Of a DNA stretch of 64,000 nt, positions 1 to 14,095 are shown one piece after another. Each line of letters opens with the position of its first letter. The stretch's first letter is position 1. A program made the position numbers and the translations under genes. The stretch is taken from contig OZ024741.1 of the NCBI GenBank assembly GCA_964016885.1, positions 338,024,001 through 338,088,000 of the forward strand. Direction: 5' to 3'. A model generated the notes under the pieces. It was not told the origin of the DNA. It saw only the letters and a program-made list of their open reading frames with translations, and ran no database searches. The DNA is from Eledone cirrhosa. Lineage: Eukaryota.

Positions 1-560
1 CCATGAACAGCCTGTGTGTGAGGGCCAGCAGGGATTCCGTCTGTCTCTGTTCTATTGACGTCATTCCAGGGAGGAGGTGGCCCTCAGGCCATTTGACCTT
101 TGGTAGGTTGAAGTCTCCCAGCAGTAGGATGTTGAGACCCTGGTCCAGTTTGTCAAGGACCTCTTCTATCCTACTTAGGCTATCCTCAAATTTACCCTCA
201 TGACTGGGGGCATCGGGCGGCCGATATGTGACACATATTACCGTCTGTAGTTGCTTCATATGTATTATCAGTGTGTCACAGACTGAGTTTGAATGTGTCA
301 ACAGTACAATTGGTGTGACATCTTCACGGATATACAGAGCAACCCCACCATGAGTTCTCTCCCTCCTGTCCGAACGAAATACAGTATATTTCGGTATATG
401 TATTTCTGCATCTGCTATACTGCTTGTCAGGTGCGTTTCGGTTAGTGCCATGCATAGTGCTTGATTGCTTATGGCTAAGTCTCCCAGGTAGGAAATTTTA
501 CTCATGTTGCTGAGTTTCACCAGGCCCCTGACATTCAGCAGCAGCACTGGTGTGACTTTT
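1..560 (-). CDS. LINE ORF2 N-terminal AP endonuclease (partial, not in ORF track)
   Basis: Manual translation gives [39 protein letters not shown], the canonical APE motifs. Confidence 0.85.
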
Positions 561-1251
561 GGGGTGCCAGTAATGGCTGTCGGTATGACACCTGGTCTGG
601 TGTCAGCGGCGGCCACTCTGGGTCCCTTAACTGCGGTGGTCTCGAGTGCTGGTGGGGATGACCCTGGCTCTGGAGACGATGCAGCCAGGTCAGCTGTCCC
701 ACAATCTTCTCTGCCATCACTAAAAAATTTTTCTGATCTGCTGCTGCCATCTGTATCTCGTCGGCATATGCGTGCCTTCTCCTTGTTGGTGCAGCACGCG
801 CGACATCAGCATACTTCTGGAGCGGCTTATTTCGGCTTAGGCTGGGGCATGTTGCGCGAGTATGATAGGCATAGTTCGTTTGAGACCTAGGGTGGGCGAA
901 TCTGCATCCCATCCCTGTCTCTCCATGCCAGCATGTCCCGTTCTTGAAAAACTTGCACATTACTTGGGTTTTTTTGCTCCCAGTGTCTCGGTGCTTTCTG
1001 TTCTTTCTTTGAACAGTTGTCCACTGGTCCCTCTGCGCTTGGTTCTCCTTCGGAAGGTGATTTCGCTTTTCACCTTTGCCCTTAGCTTGTTGGTTGCCCG
1101 GCCTGCCCTCCCTGCCTGTAGCGGAGGGTATATCATTTTCTTTCAGGTCAGTGCTTGTGCTCTCCTCCTTTTCTTTTTCTTTTTTTTTCCTCTTCCTTTT
1201 CCCTCTCCTTCTCCTCATCCCTCCCTTCGGTTTTCTTCTCCCTGAGGACAC
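535..1251 (-). CDS. LINE ORF1, basic protein with CCCH-type zinc finger
   Basis: [23 protein letters not shown] motif; lies directly upstream of the APE frame. Confidence 0.65.
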   Translation of the reverse strand: MSSGRRKPKGGMRRRRGKRKRKKKEKEKEESTSTDLKENDIPSATGREGRPGNQQAKGKGEKRNHLPKENQAQRDQWTTVQRKNRKHRDTGSKKTQVMCKFFKNGTCWHGETGMGCRFAHPRSQTNYAYHTRATCPSLSRNKPLQKYADVARAAPTRRRHAYADEIQMAAADQKNFLVMAEKIVGQLTWLHRLQSQGHPHQHSRPPQLRDPEWPPLTPDQVSYRQPLLAPQKSHQCCC

Positions 1252-1350
1252 GGCTTAGCATCGCCATATGAGGCGTAATGAGGACATACGCCTTCTCAAT
1301 TTCTTTTCTCTTTCTCTCTATCTGTACCAGGGTCCTCAGAAACCCATGGC

Positions 1351-2507
<1,157 letters not shown>

Positions 2508-2539
2508 TTACTTACATATATACACACACCGAAGTTACT

Positions 2540-3009
2540 TACATATATACACACACCTAACTGTATTTTCTGGACATATTTCTGTGTATTTCATTGGTCA
2601 ATTTGAACTCTGTTCCCAAACAGACCTGTAATTTTGAATTGTTGTTATTATCAATAAATATATTTCATTATTTCTGAAGACGGCATATATATGTGTTGGT
2701 ATGTATATTAAATTTGATAGTTTGTATAATTTTGTATAATTTTGTACATAGATCTGTTAAATATGCATGCCAATTCTAACACATATATGTACTAGAAACG
2801 ATCGTTAAATAATGAACTTTTTTTGTTTAATATAAGGAACTGTTTCATTGTTTTATTCATTATTTTTTAAATATTTTATCTTGACTCTGTATTCCGTTTA
2901 TCTTTCACCGAAAGTGATTTTGAATGCATCTCTTCTTTCCATGATATCCGGATTACATTGAGTTCTTCATACGGATTGGACACTACCGTAAACTCTTGGT
3001 AGATTTATC

Positions 3010-3010
<1 letters not shown>
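2540..3010 (+). mobile_element. Solo PLE pseudo-LTR / non-autonomous insert, family F
   Basis: TA-flanked; homologous to 33715-34020(-), part of 39664-40160(-), and 40163-40520(+); carries an HHR. Confidence 0.75.
2664..2816 (+). ncRNA. Type I hammerhead ribozyme with 114-nt stem II region (family F)
   Basis: ttcattattt-CTGAAGA-[long hairpin]-GAAA-cgatc-GTT-aaataatgaa; 10-bp stem I; palindromic AACGATCGTT stem III. Confidence 0.85.
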
Positions 3011-4827
<1,817 letters not shown>

Positions 4828-4864
4828 ATTAAATTAATGGAAACTATAGTTATAAAACCATATT

Positions 4865-4930
4865 TATTTCGTTATATATATTTCAGGGATATCATATTAA
4901 CAATATGTTATGCCTTCTTCAGACAAAATA
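4865..4930 (-). ncRNA. Hammerhead ribozyme, family A (inverted pLTR)
   Basis: Reverse complement of 5134-5199. Confidence 0.85.
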
Positions 4931-5133
4931 CAATATAAACAGTCTTATAAATAAATAGATACGACATACCTTTCAATCCCCTTGCATTTGGGAGGTTGAT
5001 TTGGCAGTAAAAAATATTGTGGACAGTTGTAAAAAGAAAGAGAGAAAGAAAGAAAGAAAGAGAAACGAAGAAAAAGATGCAAGGGGATTGAAAGGTATGT
5101 CGTATCTATTTATTTATAAGACTGTTTATATTG

Positions 5134-5199
5134 TATTTTGTCTGAAGAAGGCATAACATATTGTTAATATGATATCCCTGAAATATATATAACGAAATA
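5134..5199 (+). ncRNA. Hammerhead ribozyme, family A
   Basis: tattttgt-CTGAAGA-agg...cct-GAAA-tatat-ATA-acgaaata; 8-bp stem I. Confidence 0.85.
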
Positions 5200-5378
5200 A
5201 ATATGGTTTTATAAATATAGTTTCCATTTATTTAATATCATAAATATACTCCAAATACTTGTTGAGTGCTTTTATATCAGTTATAAATATTTACTAGTTG
5301 TTAACCCAACAATTTAAATATAACTTTCCATGTATCTTGCTCCAATACTGTTGAGCGCTTTATATTATAACTGAAAAA

Positions 5379-7598
5379 ATGGAATTCTTTAAGTTTACTT
5401 CCTCTTTAAAAGACATACCTCTACCTAGAAACAAAGACTTTATAAAACAATTAATAGATAAATCTGACTCTTTTATAAGGAGAATCAGGTGGCGAGCATT
5501 CCACTTTGATAAATCTAATATAAATGAAAATGTCTCGGACTTAAGCAAAGTTTTCAAATCCAAAAGAAATCCACCCCCCAACAAACTTCTATCTAACTTT
5601 GAAAACGATATAATGTCTATCATACAAGGAGTCAAATTCAAGAGAAACTTCAAAGGCCAGGAATATCTGAAAGGCATTAGGGATAATATTGAGAGCTTGG
5701 AGAAAACTGAGAAGATCTTGGTAAAATCTGACAAGACCAACAACCTCTATGGAGTGCAGAAAGACATGTATAATGGCCTCATACTAAAAGAACTGAGGAA
5801 AAAGTACAAGGTAGCAGATAAGGCCGAGCTAGAGAAAATGAATGTTGAGGCATCTTGTATAATGCACGAGTTGGAAATTGAGAACAAAACACAACCTTTC
5901 GTGCCCAGGAAACCGAAGATCAATATGAAAGATCATAAGAGAAATTTTGAGAATGACTTGCCAGTCAGATTGATTGCACCATCAAAATCGGACCTGGGTA
6001 AACTAAGCAAAAACATTCTTGACAGGGTGATACAGCAAATTAAAAACTTGAGTTGTTTACCTAACCTGAGCTTGTGGAAGGGAACTGGTGAGGTTGTTGA
6101 GTGGTTTAAGCAAATTAAAAATAACAATAATAATAAGTTTATTCAACTTGATATTGCTAACTATTATTCTTCCATTACCCCTAATCTACTAAATAAGGCA
6201 CTAAATTACGCATTCAAACATACAGACCTAACTAGCAATGAAATGCACATTATATTATCGACTAGGAAAACATTGATAGAATTTAATGACCAACTATGGA
6301 CCCGAGCAGATAGAGATAACAATTTTGACATTACTATGGGATCATCCGACTCAGCTCAGGTAACTGACCTTGTGAGCTTATTTTTAATCAATTCGCTGCA
6401 TAGGAAAATACCTGGTACTACCGGAGGTTTATATAGAGATGACATGCTTTTACTTATTGATAATAATAACTCTGAACTAAATAGAAAAAGAAAACAAATT
6501 ACACAATTTTTTAATCACTTTAATCTAAAAATAGAAATTGAGAATAACCATAGAATAGTCAACTTCCTAGATATAACATTAAATCTCAACACATGTCTTC
6601 ACTATCCATTTCACAAGTTGAATGAAAACTTAAACTATGTCAGCTTTAACTCTAGCCACTCCAGATCTGTTAAAAATACTATAGTAAACTCTGTTCAATC
6701 ACATATCTCTAGAATCTCATCTAATAAAAAGATTTTCGACGAAAAAGCCCATTATTACAATGAAGCGTTAGCTAGAGCAGGATATAGTGATAAAATTATG
6801 TACATAGATAATGATAAACAAGTTAAACAAAATAACAACTATTTTAATTACGGCCACAACCTTAACAACTATAATAGAAAGCATTACAATAATTCCAAAA
6901 GCCATAAAAGAAATAGAACTAGGAATATAATATGGTTTGCCCCCCCCCCCCCTTTCTCACTAAACATTAAAACCCACATTGCTAAACTATTTTTTAAAGC
7001 TCTTGATAATCGCTTCCCTAGAACACATAGGTATCACTCAATTTTCAATAGACATACTATAAAACTAACCTACTCATCCACCAAAAATTTAGCGCAAAAT
7101 ATTAATAGAATAAATAACAGGAACTTAAAACCTAGCGATAATAGCATAAATAATATCCAAGTTAACAAATGTAACTGTAGAGATAGATCTAAATGTCCGT
7201 TAAATAACAACTGCTTAGTTAAAAATATAATATACAACTGTAATGTTAAAACGGACGTTAATTCTTTTAACTACGTTGGTTCTACATCGACAGAATTTAA
7301 ACTTCGCTATAACAACCACAAGAATTCTTTCACAGATCCATCCAAAAAATCTTCAACAGCACTATCAGGCGTACTCTGGCAACTTAGGCATGATAACGTT
7401 AGATATTCGACGACTTGGAATATAGTTTCAAGGGGGATTCCTTTTAATTCATCCTCTGAGACATGTGACCTCTGTGCGGAGGAGATATTCTTTATACTAA
7501 AATCTAAAAATTCCCTTAATCTACGGAAAAATTTATTCAGTTGCTGCAGACATAGATTGAACTCAACGTTTAAATATAAATTTAAATTTAAAATGTAG
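5379..7598 (+). CDS. PLE RT + GIY-YIG endonuclease, 739 aa, intact
   Basis: SDKT; FIQLDIANYY; FDITMGSSDSAQV; GLYRDD; NFLDITL; CNCRDRSKCPLNNNC linker; IIY..YVG; CDLC..E..LN..CRH. Confidence 0.95.
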   Translation: MEFFKFTSSLKDIPLPRNKDFIKQLIDKSDSFIRRIRWRAFHFDKSNINENVSDLSKVFKSKRNPPPNKLLSNFENDIMSIIQGVKFKRNFKGQEYLKGIRDNIESLEKTEKILVKSDKTNNLYGVQKDMYNGLILKELRKKYKVADKAELEKMNVEASCIMHELEIENKTQPFVPRKPKINMKDHKRNFENDLPVRLIAPSKSDLGKLSKNILDRVIQQIKNLSCLPNLSLWKGTGEVVEWFKQIKNNNNNKFIQLDIANYYSSITPNLLNKALNYAFKHTDLTSNEMHIILSTRKTLIEFNDQLWTRADRDNNFDITMGSSDSAQVTDLVSLFLINSLHRKIPGTTGGLYRDDMLLLIDNNNSELNRKRKQITQFFNHFNLKIEIENNHRIVNFLDITLNLNTCLHYPFHKLNENLNYVSFNSSHSRSVKNTIVNSVQSHISRISSNKKIFDEKAHYYNEALARAGYSDKIMYIDNDKQVKQNNNYFNYGHNLNNYNRKHYNNSKSHKRNRTRNIIWFAPPPPFSLNIKTHIAKLFFKALDNRFPRTHRYHSIFNRHTIKLTYSSTKNLAQNINRINNRNLKPSDNSINNIQVNKCNCRDRSKCPLNNNCLVKNIIYNCNVKTDVNSFNYVGSTSTEFKLRYNNHKNSFTDPSKKSSTALSGVLWQLRHDNVRYSTTWNIVSRGIPFNSSSETCDLCAEEIFFILKSKNSLNLRKNLFSCCRHRLNSTFKYKFKFKM

Positions 7599-8049
7599 TT
7601 ATGTTTGATTTGATTTGTAATTATTTATGAAACTAGCCGATAAATCTTTCGATTTCTTCTTTTTATTAAAACATTCTTTTTATTAAAACATTCTTCATGA
7701 ATAATTAAACTACCCTAAAAGCTGATGCTCCAAATATATCGAATTAAATTTTACACTAGATAAACTTCTATATTAAATATAAGAACATATGTAGACCAAA
7801 TGGGTATCCTAAACTTTTGGAATGATTTCTGCTAGACAGGATTTGGTAAACAATTTTTGTTTTATCTGTTTCGACTCTGATGCTTATGATGAACTTGGCA
7901 ATATATTGTCAATTAACTTTGAAAGGCTGATCTCTGTGGCCGATTTGCGTGGCATACTATGTTTTATTTTTATTATTTTTTAATATTTTGTAATATTTTT
8001 TATTTTTAATATTAAATGTTTTAGTTTTCTGTTTATTTATTTATTTTCT

Positions 8050-8150
8050 TGTCTCTGATATTTTTATTTTTATTTGTATTTTTATTTTTATTTTTATTTT
8101 TATTTTTATTTTTATTTTTATTTTTATTTTTATTTTTATTTTTATTTTTA
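8050..8150. repeat. (TTTTTA)n microsatellite in PLE 3' region
   Basis: Direct reading. Confidence 0.9.
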
Positions 8151-8621
8151 TTAATATATTGAAATCTGTTCTCTATTTCTGCTTGATCGACAATCATGTA
8201 GAGTAAAGACAAGAATAGTATTGTTAAAATTAATATAGACTCTATATATATATGTGTATATATACACACATATATGTATACTTGAATTTTTATAGTACAA
8301 TGAGAATGTTTTCGTGTGAATTGGGAGTTTGTTTATAATTATGATATAAACATATGAATTTTTAAAAACTAGACATAAGATCATTACTTTTCACACATTA
8401 TAGATACATGTCTCATTCATGAATACTGATATTTACATTATAATGCCTGTTTTATACGAACTAATATTTTCTACAGGATGAAACATAGCGTTTTTAAATT
8501 CTGCCTCGTTTATGTCTGGTTATTTTTCATTTTCTCTTTTTCATTTTCTCTTTTTTCTCTCTATATAACGGCTATTTTCTCTCTTAACTACATACATCTC
8601 TCTTTACATTAATACTAGAGC

Positions 8622-8652
<31 letters not shown>

Positions 8653-8958
8653 ATGTATCAACCGATACTCAACTTCCTAGTTTCTCTATCTTTCTCTATC
8701 TATCTCTTTCTTTTTTTCCTCTCTCTATATATATTTCTCTCTGTTTCTTTACATGAAGTTCTTCTCTTTATCTATCTTTCTATATCTCTCTATTTAGTCA
8801 CATGCATTTCTTCTTTTTCTTCGTTTATCTTTCTTTCTTTCTTTCTCTCTTTCTTTTTACAACTGTCCACAATATTTTTTACTGCCAAATCAACCTCCCA
8901 AACGCAAGGGGATTGAAAGGTATGTCGTATCTATTTATTTATAAGACTGTTTATATTG

Positions 8959-9024
8959 TATTTTGTCTGAAGAAGGCATAACATATTGTTAATATGATAT
9001 CCCTGAAATATATATAACGAAATA
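8959..9024 (+). ncRNA. Hammerhead ribozyme, family A (3' pLTR)
   Basis: Same sequence as 5134-5199. Confidence 0.85.
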
Positions 9025-9152
9025 AATATGGTTTTATAAATATAGTTTCCATTTATTTAATATCATAAATATACTCCAAATACTTGTTGAGTGCTTTTAT
9101 ATCAGTTATAAATATTTACTCGTTGTTAACCCAACAATTTAAATATAACTTT

Positions 9153-9302
<150 letters not shown>

Positions 9303-9348
9303 AGGATGAATGTAAAATGAAAGTGCTTTTGTTAAAAAAGGAATTTAT

Positions 9349-9472
9349 TAGGTATTGACATATGTTTCTGTAACAGACCGAATACCTATGTATCGCTGCT
9401 TGCGTAATCATATAATGTTAGCAAGTATTCGATAGCAAATGTATAATCAGTTGTCACTTCTTCAGAGATTTT
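9349..9472 (-). ncRNA. Hammerhead-like motif, family B (inverted copy)
   Basis: Reverse complement of 10651-10774. Confidence 0.6.
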
Positions 9473-9938
9473 GGATAAACTGGATAAAATCAGAAAAATT
9501 GAAGTATTTATATTAGTAAAAGAGGAAGGAACAGAGGGGATAGAATATGACAGATGGTAAAATAATTTACTGCTAAACAAGTATATAATGGGTTTTTAAT
9601 GAGAATACCATGAGTAAATCTAAATAAGAATTTTGGGGGTGCCGATTTTAATCTCTACTTGACCAACTGGACAGTGGACAGGGCTGGTCATTTGGTGCAG
9701 TAGTATTAATCATAAAGTGTCAATTGGGGAAGGGGGAGATTTCGATTGCTACTAAATAACATCAATGCTAGTAGTCAGCTGGTATTTGCACTAGGGAATT
9801 GAATCAAAAAATCAGAAATCTCATTTTATCTATAGCAGTTTGTATTAAAAGGTAAATAATAGAAGAGTTGATAGAATTAAGACTAATAAAGAATGTTCAT
9901 ATCTATTTTGACAATCAAACGGGGATAGAGACAGGCGT

Positions 9939-10400
9939 TCAATCCTGGTAGTATTTATAATATGAAAATGTAGATTTTAAGCGATGGTTACAGTATAACG
10001 ATCGCTCTATTCTGTTATTTAATAAAATGTTTTTGGATTTCATAATACAAAATAATTCTACATTACATAATCTACAAAATTCCTGTCCATTGGAATATGG
10101 GGGGGCAGTCGCTATTATATCCCATTTTAGGTGAAATTGTTGGTTATTTTCACGCAGCTGCCAAGCCTTGTCTGCGAGTGTTGTTACATAACGCTGGTTT
10201 TCATGTTTTATCGAATAACGATGTCTATAAAGGCGTGATTTAAAGGAGGTGGCTGTAGATCCCACATAGTACCACTTCTGTCTATCCGATTCGATAGTAC
10301 ATTTGTATACGATGTTGCGTTCAAGACACTGATTGTTCAACGGACACATTCCTGGTTGGACACAGTTGCAATTACAATTTTGCGTTGTTGTATTGCCAAT
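9939..10400 (-). pseudogene. Inverted duplicate of the family B GIY-YIG region
   Basis: Translation matches the C-terminus of 10996-13299. Confidence 0.92.
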
Positions 10401-10650
10401 TGACACTTAATGATTAATACTACTGCACCAAATGACCAGCCCTGTCCACTGTCCAGTTGGTCAAGTAGAGATTAAAATCGGCACCCCCAAAATTCTTATT
10501 TAGATTTACTCATGGTATTCTCATTAAAAACCCATTATATACTTGTTTAGCAGTAAATTATTTTACCATCTGTCATATTCTATCCCCTCTGTTCCTTCCT
10601 CTTTTACTAATATAAATACTTCAATTTTTCTGATTTTATCCAGTTTATCC

Positions 10651-10774
10651 AAAATCTCTGAAGAAGTGACAACTGATTATACATTTGCTATCGAATACTT
10701 GCTAACATTATATGATTACGCAAGCAGCGATACATAGGTATTCGGTCTGTTACAGAAACATATGTCAATACCTA
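10651..10774 (+). ncRNA. Hammerhead-like motif, family B, ~90-nt stem II, weak stem I
   Basis: CTGAAGA-a-gtgaca...tgttac-a-GAAA-catat-GTC; palindrome ACATATGT. Confidence 0.6.
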
Positions 10775-10995
10775 ATAAATTCCTTTTTTAACAAAAGCAC
10801 TTTCATTTTATATTCATCCTTTCTACATTTCTCCGGAATATAATTTATACTCGTTGAGCAAACCTGCACGTACGCTGTTCATCTCTAACGTAACGATATA
10901 TTATCACTACATTATTGATAACCTGAAATTTTATTAATCTCCTATACAGTTGAGCAACTAATTCAGCATACGCTTCTAAAATTGAAAGGCACCAA

Positions 10996-13299
10996 TTGGA
11001 TATGTCGTTAAAAAACATACCTATTCAGGCAAAAAGGGAATATATTCTAGGTATGATACGAAGGACCAATGATTTTATTCGACGAATCAGATGGAAAACA
11101 TTCCATTTTGACAAAAGCCGTATAAACCAAACATCGGATCTTAACAAGGATAAATTTGGATTTAAATCTGACAAGAACCCACCCTCAAACCCACTTTTGG
11201 ATGCATTTGAACAAGACCTAATGGATATGATCATGGAGATCAAATTTACAAAACGTAAGAACAATAAACTACAGAATGACATCACGGCACTGCTCAATAA
11301 TCTAAAAAACGCCAATGGAGTTATTGTTAGAGCAGACAAAACATCAAACGTATATACCATGGATGTGGACACTTACAATAACTTCATCCGTAAGGAATTG
11401 CATAAAAAATACAGGAAAACTAATGAAGCCACACTTAAAAACATCAGCAACTCGGCATGTGATATTGTTAAAAAACTTTGTATTGACGATAGAACGCAAC
11501 CCTTAACACCAGCTATACCATCCTTCAACCTGAAGGACCACAAGGTAAACTTCGATACTAACCCTAATATTAGACTTATATGCCCCTCTAAATCTGATAT
11601 AGGTAAAATTAGCAAATATATACTAGACAGAATTATCCCCCAAGTTAAGGTTAAAGTAGAGATTAAACTATGGGGTAACACTCATGAAGCAATAAGATGG
11701 TTTAACAACATTACTGATAAGAAAAAATCAAAATTTATTCAGTTTGATATTGATGAATATTATTCCTCAATTTCACCTGATACTCTACATGAAGCTCTTT
11801 CGTTCGCTAAGGATAATTCCGACCTTACGGATGCTGAAATTAAAATTATTATGGAAGCGAGAAAAACTATAGTTAAATTCGATGATAGCTACTGGGTTCG
11901 CAAAGATAGACCTTCTAATTTTGATATCACTATGGGTTCTAACGATTCGGCGGAGGTAACAGATCTTGTGGGAATTTATATCACCCACAGATTACAAGGA
12001 AAATTCAAGGATCTCCACGGTGGAATTTACCGTGACGATGCGCTCCTATTAGTTAAGAATATGAATAACCAGAATTTAGAAAGGATGCGTAAAAATATCA
12101 GAAAACTTTTTAAAGAACTAGGATTAAATATTACATTTGAATATAACCTCAAAGAGGTCAATTTCCTTGATGTTACTTTCAATCTCAATACAGATACGAT
12201 TAAACCGTTCCATAAACTAAATGAGAACCTTAAATATGTAAATACGAGTTCTAACCATCCACTCTCTATAATTAAATCCATCCCTAGAAATGTTTCTCTT
12301 AGAATCTCCCGCCTATCGTCCAACCAACAAACCTTCAAAGAACATGCCGAGTATTATGATGATGCACTTAGGAAAGCCGGTCACCTAGATAATATAGAGT
12401 ATATAGTCAATGATCACCAAAACACCCAAAATAAATCACATAGGAGTAGAAATAGCACAGAATCACCACCATACATACACTACCGCAATAGACACAATAA
12501 TAGTCGCACACCACCAAACAGAAGGCGATGTAAGGAGTATATCTGGTACAACCCGGTCTATAACAAATCTATTAAAACCAATCTACCCTCAAAATTCTTT
12601 CGATTAGTTAGAAAACACTTTCCAACATCACATAAATATAATAAAATCTTAAACCCTAACACCATCCGACTTTCATATTCAACCGCCCCTAATATTGAAC
12701 AACATATAAAAATGCTTAACGCAAAACGGTTGTATAAACGCCTTCCAACACATAACAATACACGTAAAACATTAGCTATAACATCACAAAACAACAAACA
12801 ACATCCTGTCCTACATAAGCAACCTCATCAACCCATCCATGGCAATACAACAACGCAAAATTGTAATTGCAACTGTGTCCAACCAGGAATGTGTCCGTTG
12901 AACAATCAGTGTCTTGAACGCAACATCGTATACAAATGTACTATCGAATCGGATAGACAGAAGTGGTACTATGTGGGATCTACAGCCACCTCCTTTAAAT
13001 CACGCCTTTATAGACATCGTTATTCGATAAAACATGAAAACCAGCGTTATGTAACAACACTCGCAGACAAGGCTTGGCAGCTGCGTGAAAATAACCAACA
13101 ATTTCACCTAAAATGGGATATAATAGCGACTGCCCCCCCATATTCCAATGGACAGGAATTTTGTAGATTATGTAATGTAGAATTATTTTGTATTATGAAA
13201 TCCAAAAACATTTTATTAAATAACAGAATAGAGCGATCGTTATACTGTAACCATCGCTTAAAATCTACATTTTCATATTATAAATACTACCAGGATTGA
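10996..13299 (+). CDS. PLE RT + GIY-YIG, 767 aa, intact (copy 1)
   Basis: SLKNIP..RRIRWK; ADKT; FIQFDIDEYY; TMGSNDSAEV; GIYRDD; CNC..CPLNNQC; IVY..YVG; CRLC. Confidence 0.96.
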   Translation: MDMSLKNIPIQAKREYILGMIRRTNDFIRRIRWKTFHFDKSRINQTSDLNKDKFGFKSDKNPPSNPLLDAFEQDLMDMIMEIKFTKRKNNKLQNDITALLNNLKNANGVIVRADKTSNVYTMDVDTYNNFIRKELHKKYRKTNEATLKNISNSACDIVKKLCIDDRTQPLTPAIPSFNLKDHKVNFDTNPNIRLICPSKSDIGKISKYILDRIIPQVKVKVEIKLWGNTHEAIRWFNNITDKKKSKFIQFDIDEYYSSISPDTLHEALSFAKDNSDLTDAEIKIIMEARKTIVKFDDSYWVRKDRPSNFDITMGSNDSAEVTDLVGIYITHRLQGKFKDLHGGIYRDDALLLVKNMNNQNLERMRKNIRKLFKELGLNITFEYNLKEVNFLDVTFNLNTDTIKPFHKLNENLKYVNTSSNHPLSIIKSIPRNVSLRISRLSSNQQTFKEHAEYYDDALRKAGHLDNIEYIVNDHQNTQNKSHRSRNSTESPPYIHYRNRHNNSRTPPNRRRCKEYIWYNPVYNKSIKTNLPSKFFRLVRKHFPTSHKYNKILNPNTIRLSYSTAPNIEQHIKMLNAKRLYKRLPTHNNTRKTLAITSQNNKQHPVLHKQPHQPIHGNTTTQNCNCNCVQPGMCPLNNQCLERNIVYKCTIESDRQKWYYVGSTATSFKSRLYRHRYSIKHENQRYVTTLADKAWQLRENNQQFHLKWDIIATAPPYSNGQEFCRLCNVELFCIMKSKNILLNNRIERSLYCNHRLKSTFSYYKYYQD

Positions 13300-13765
13300 A
13301 CGCCTGTCTCTATCCCCGTTTGATTGTCAAAATAGATATGAACATTCTTTATTAGTCTTAATTCTATCAACTCTTCTATTATTTACCTTTTAATACAAAC
13401 TGCTATAGATAAAATGAGATTTCTGATTTTTTGATTCAATTCCCTAGTGCAAATACCAGCTGACTACTAGCATTGATGTTATTTAGTAGCAATCGAAATC
13501 TCCCCCTTCCCCAATTGACACTTTATGATTAATACTACTGCACCAAATGACCAGCCCTGTCCACTGTCCAGTTGGTCAAGTAGAGATTAAAATCGGCACC
13601 CCCAAAATTCTTATTTAGATTTACTCATGGTATTCTCATTAAAAACCCATTATATACTTGTTTAGCAGTAAATTATTTTACCATCTGTCATATTCTATCC
13701 CCTCTGTTCCTTCCTCTTTTACTAATATAAATACTTCAATTTTTCTGATTTTATCCAGTTTATCC

Positions 13766-13889
13766 AAAATCTCTGAAGAAGTGACAACTGATTATACATT
13801 TGCTATCGAATACTTGCTAACATTATATGATTACGCAAGCAGCGATACATAGGTATTCGGTCTGTTACAGAAACATATGTCAATACCTA
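13766..13889 (+). ncRNA. Hammerhead-like motif, family B
   Basis: Copy at +3115. Confidence 0.6.
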
Positions 13890-14095
13890 ATAAATTCCTT
13901 TTTTAACAAAAGCACTTTCATTTTATATTCATCCTTTCTACATTTCTCCGGAATATAATTTATACTCGTTGAGCAAACCTGCACGTACGCTGTTCATCTC
14001 TAACGTAACGATATATTATCACTACATTATTGATAACCTGAAATTTTATTAATCTCCTATACAGTTGAGCAACTAATTCAGCATACGCTTCTAAA

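Larger units (their letters stand above)
1..1350 (-). mobile_element. 5' part of a CR1/L2-group LINE (ORF1 + start of ORF2), running off the window start
   Basis: ORF1 at 535-1251 overlaps an APE-encoding frame from ~560 to 1; the 5' end abuts (TA)n. Confidence 0.8.

Noticed and set aside
10543-10737. 64-aa ORF repeated four times (MFSSKLFY...)
   Set aside because: It lies in the family B pLTR, starts at TTG and overlaps the HHR motif; its recurrence just reflects pLTR duplication
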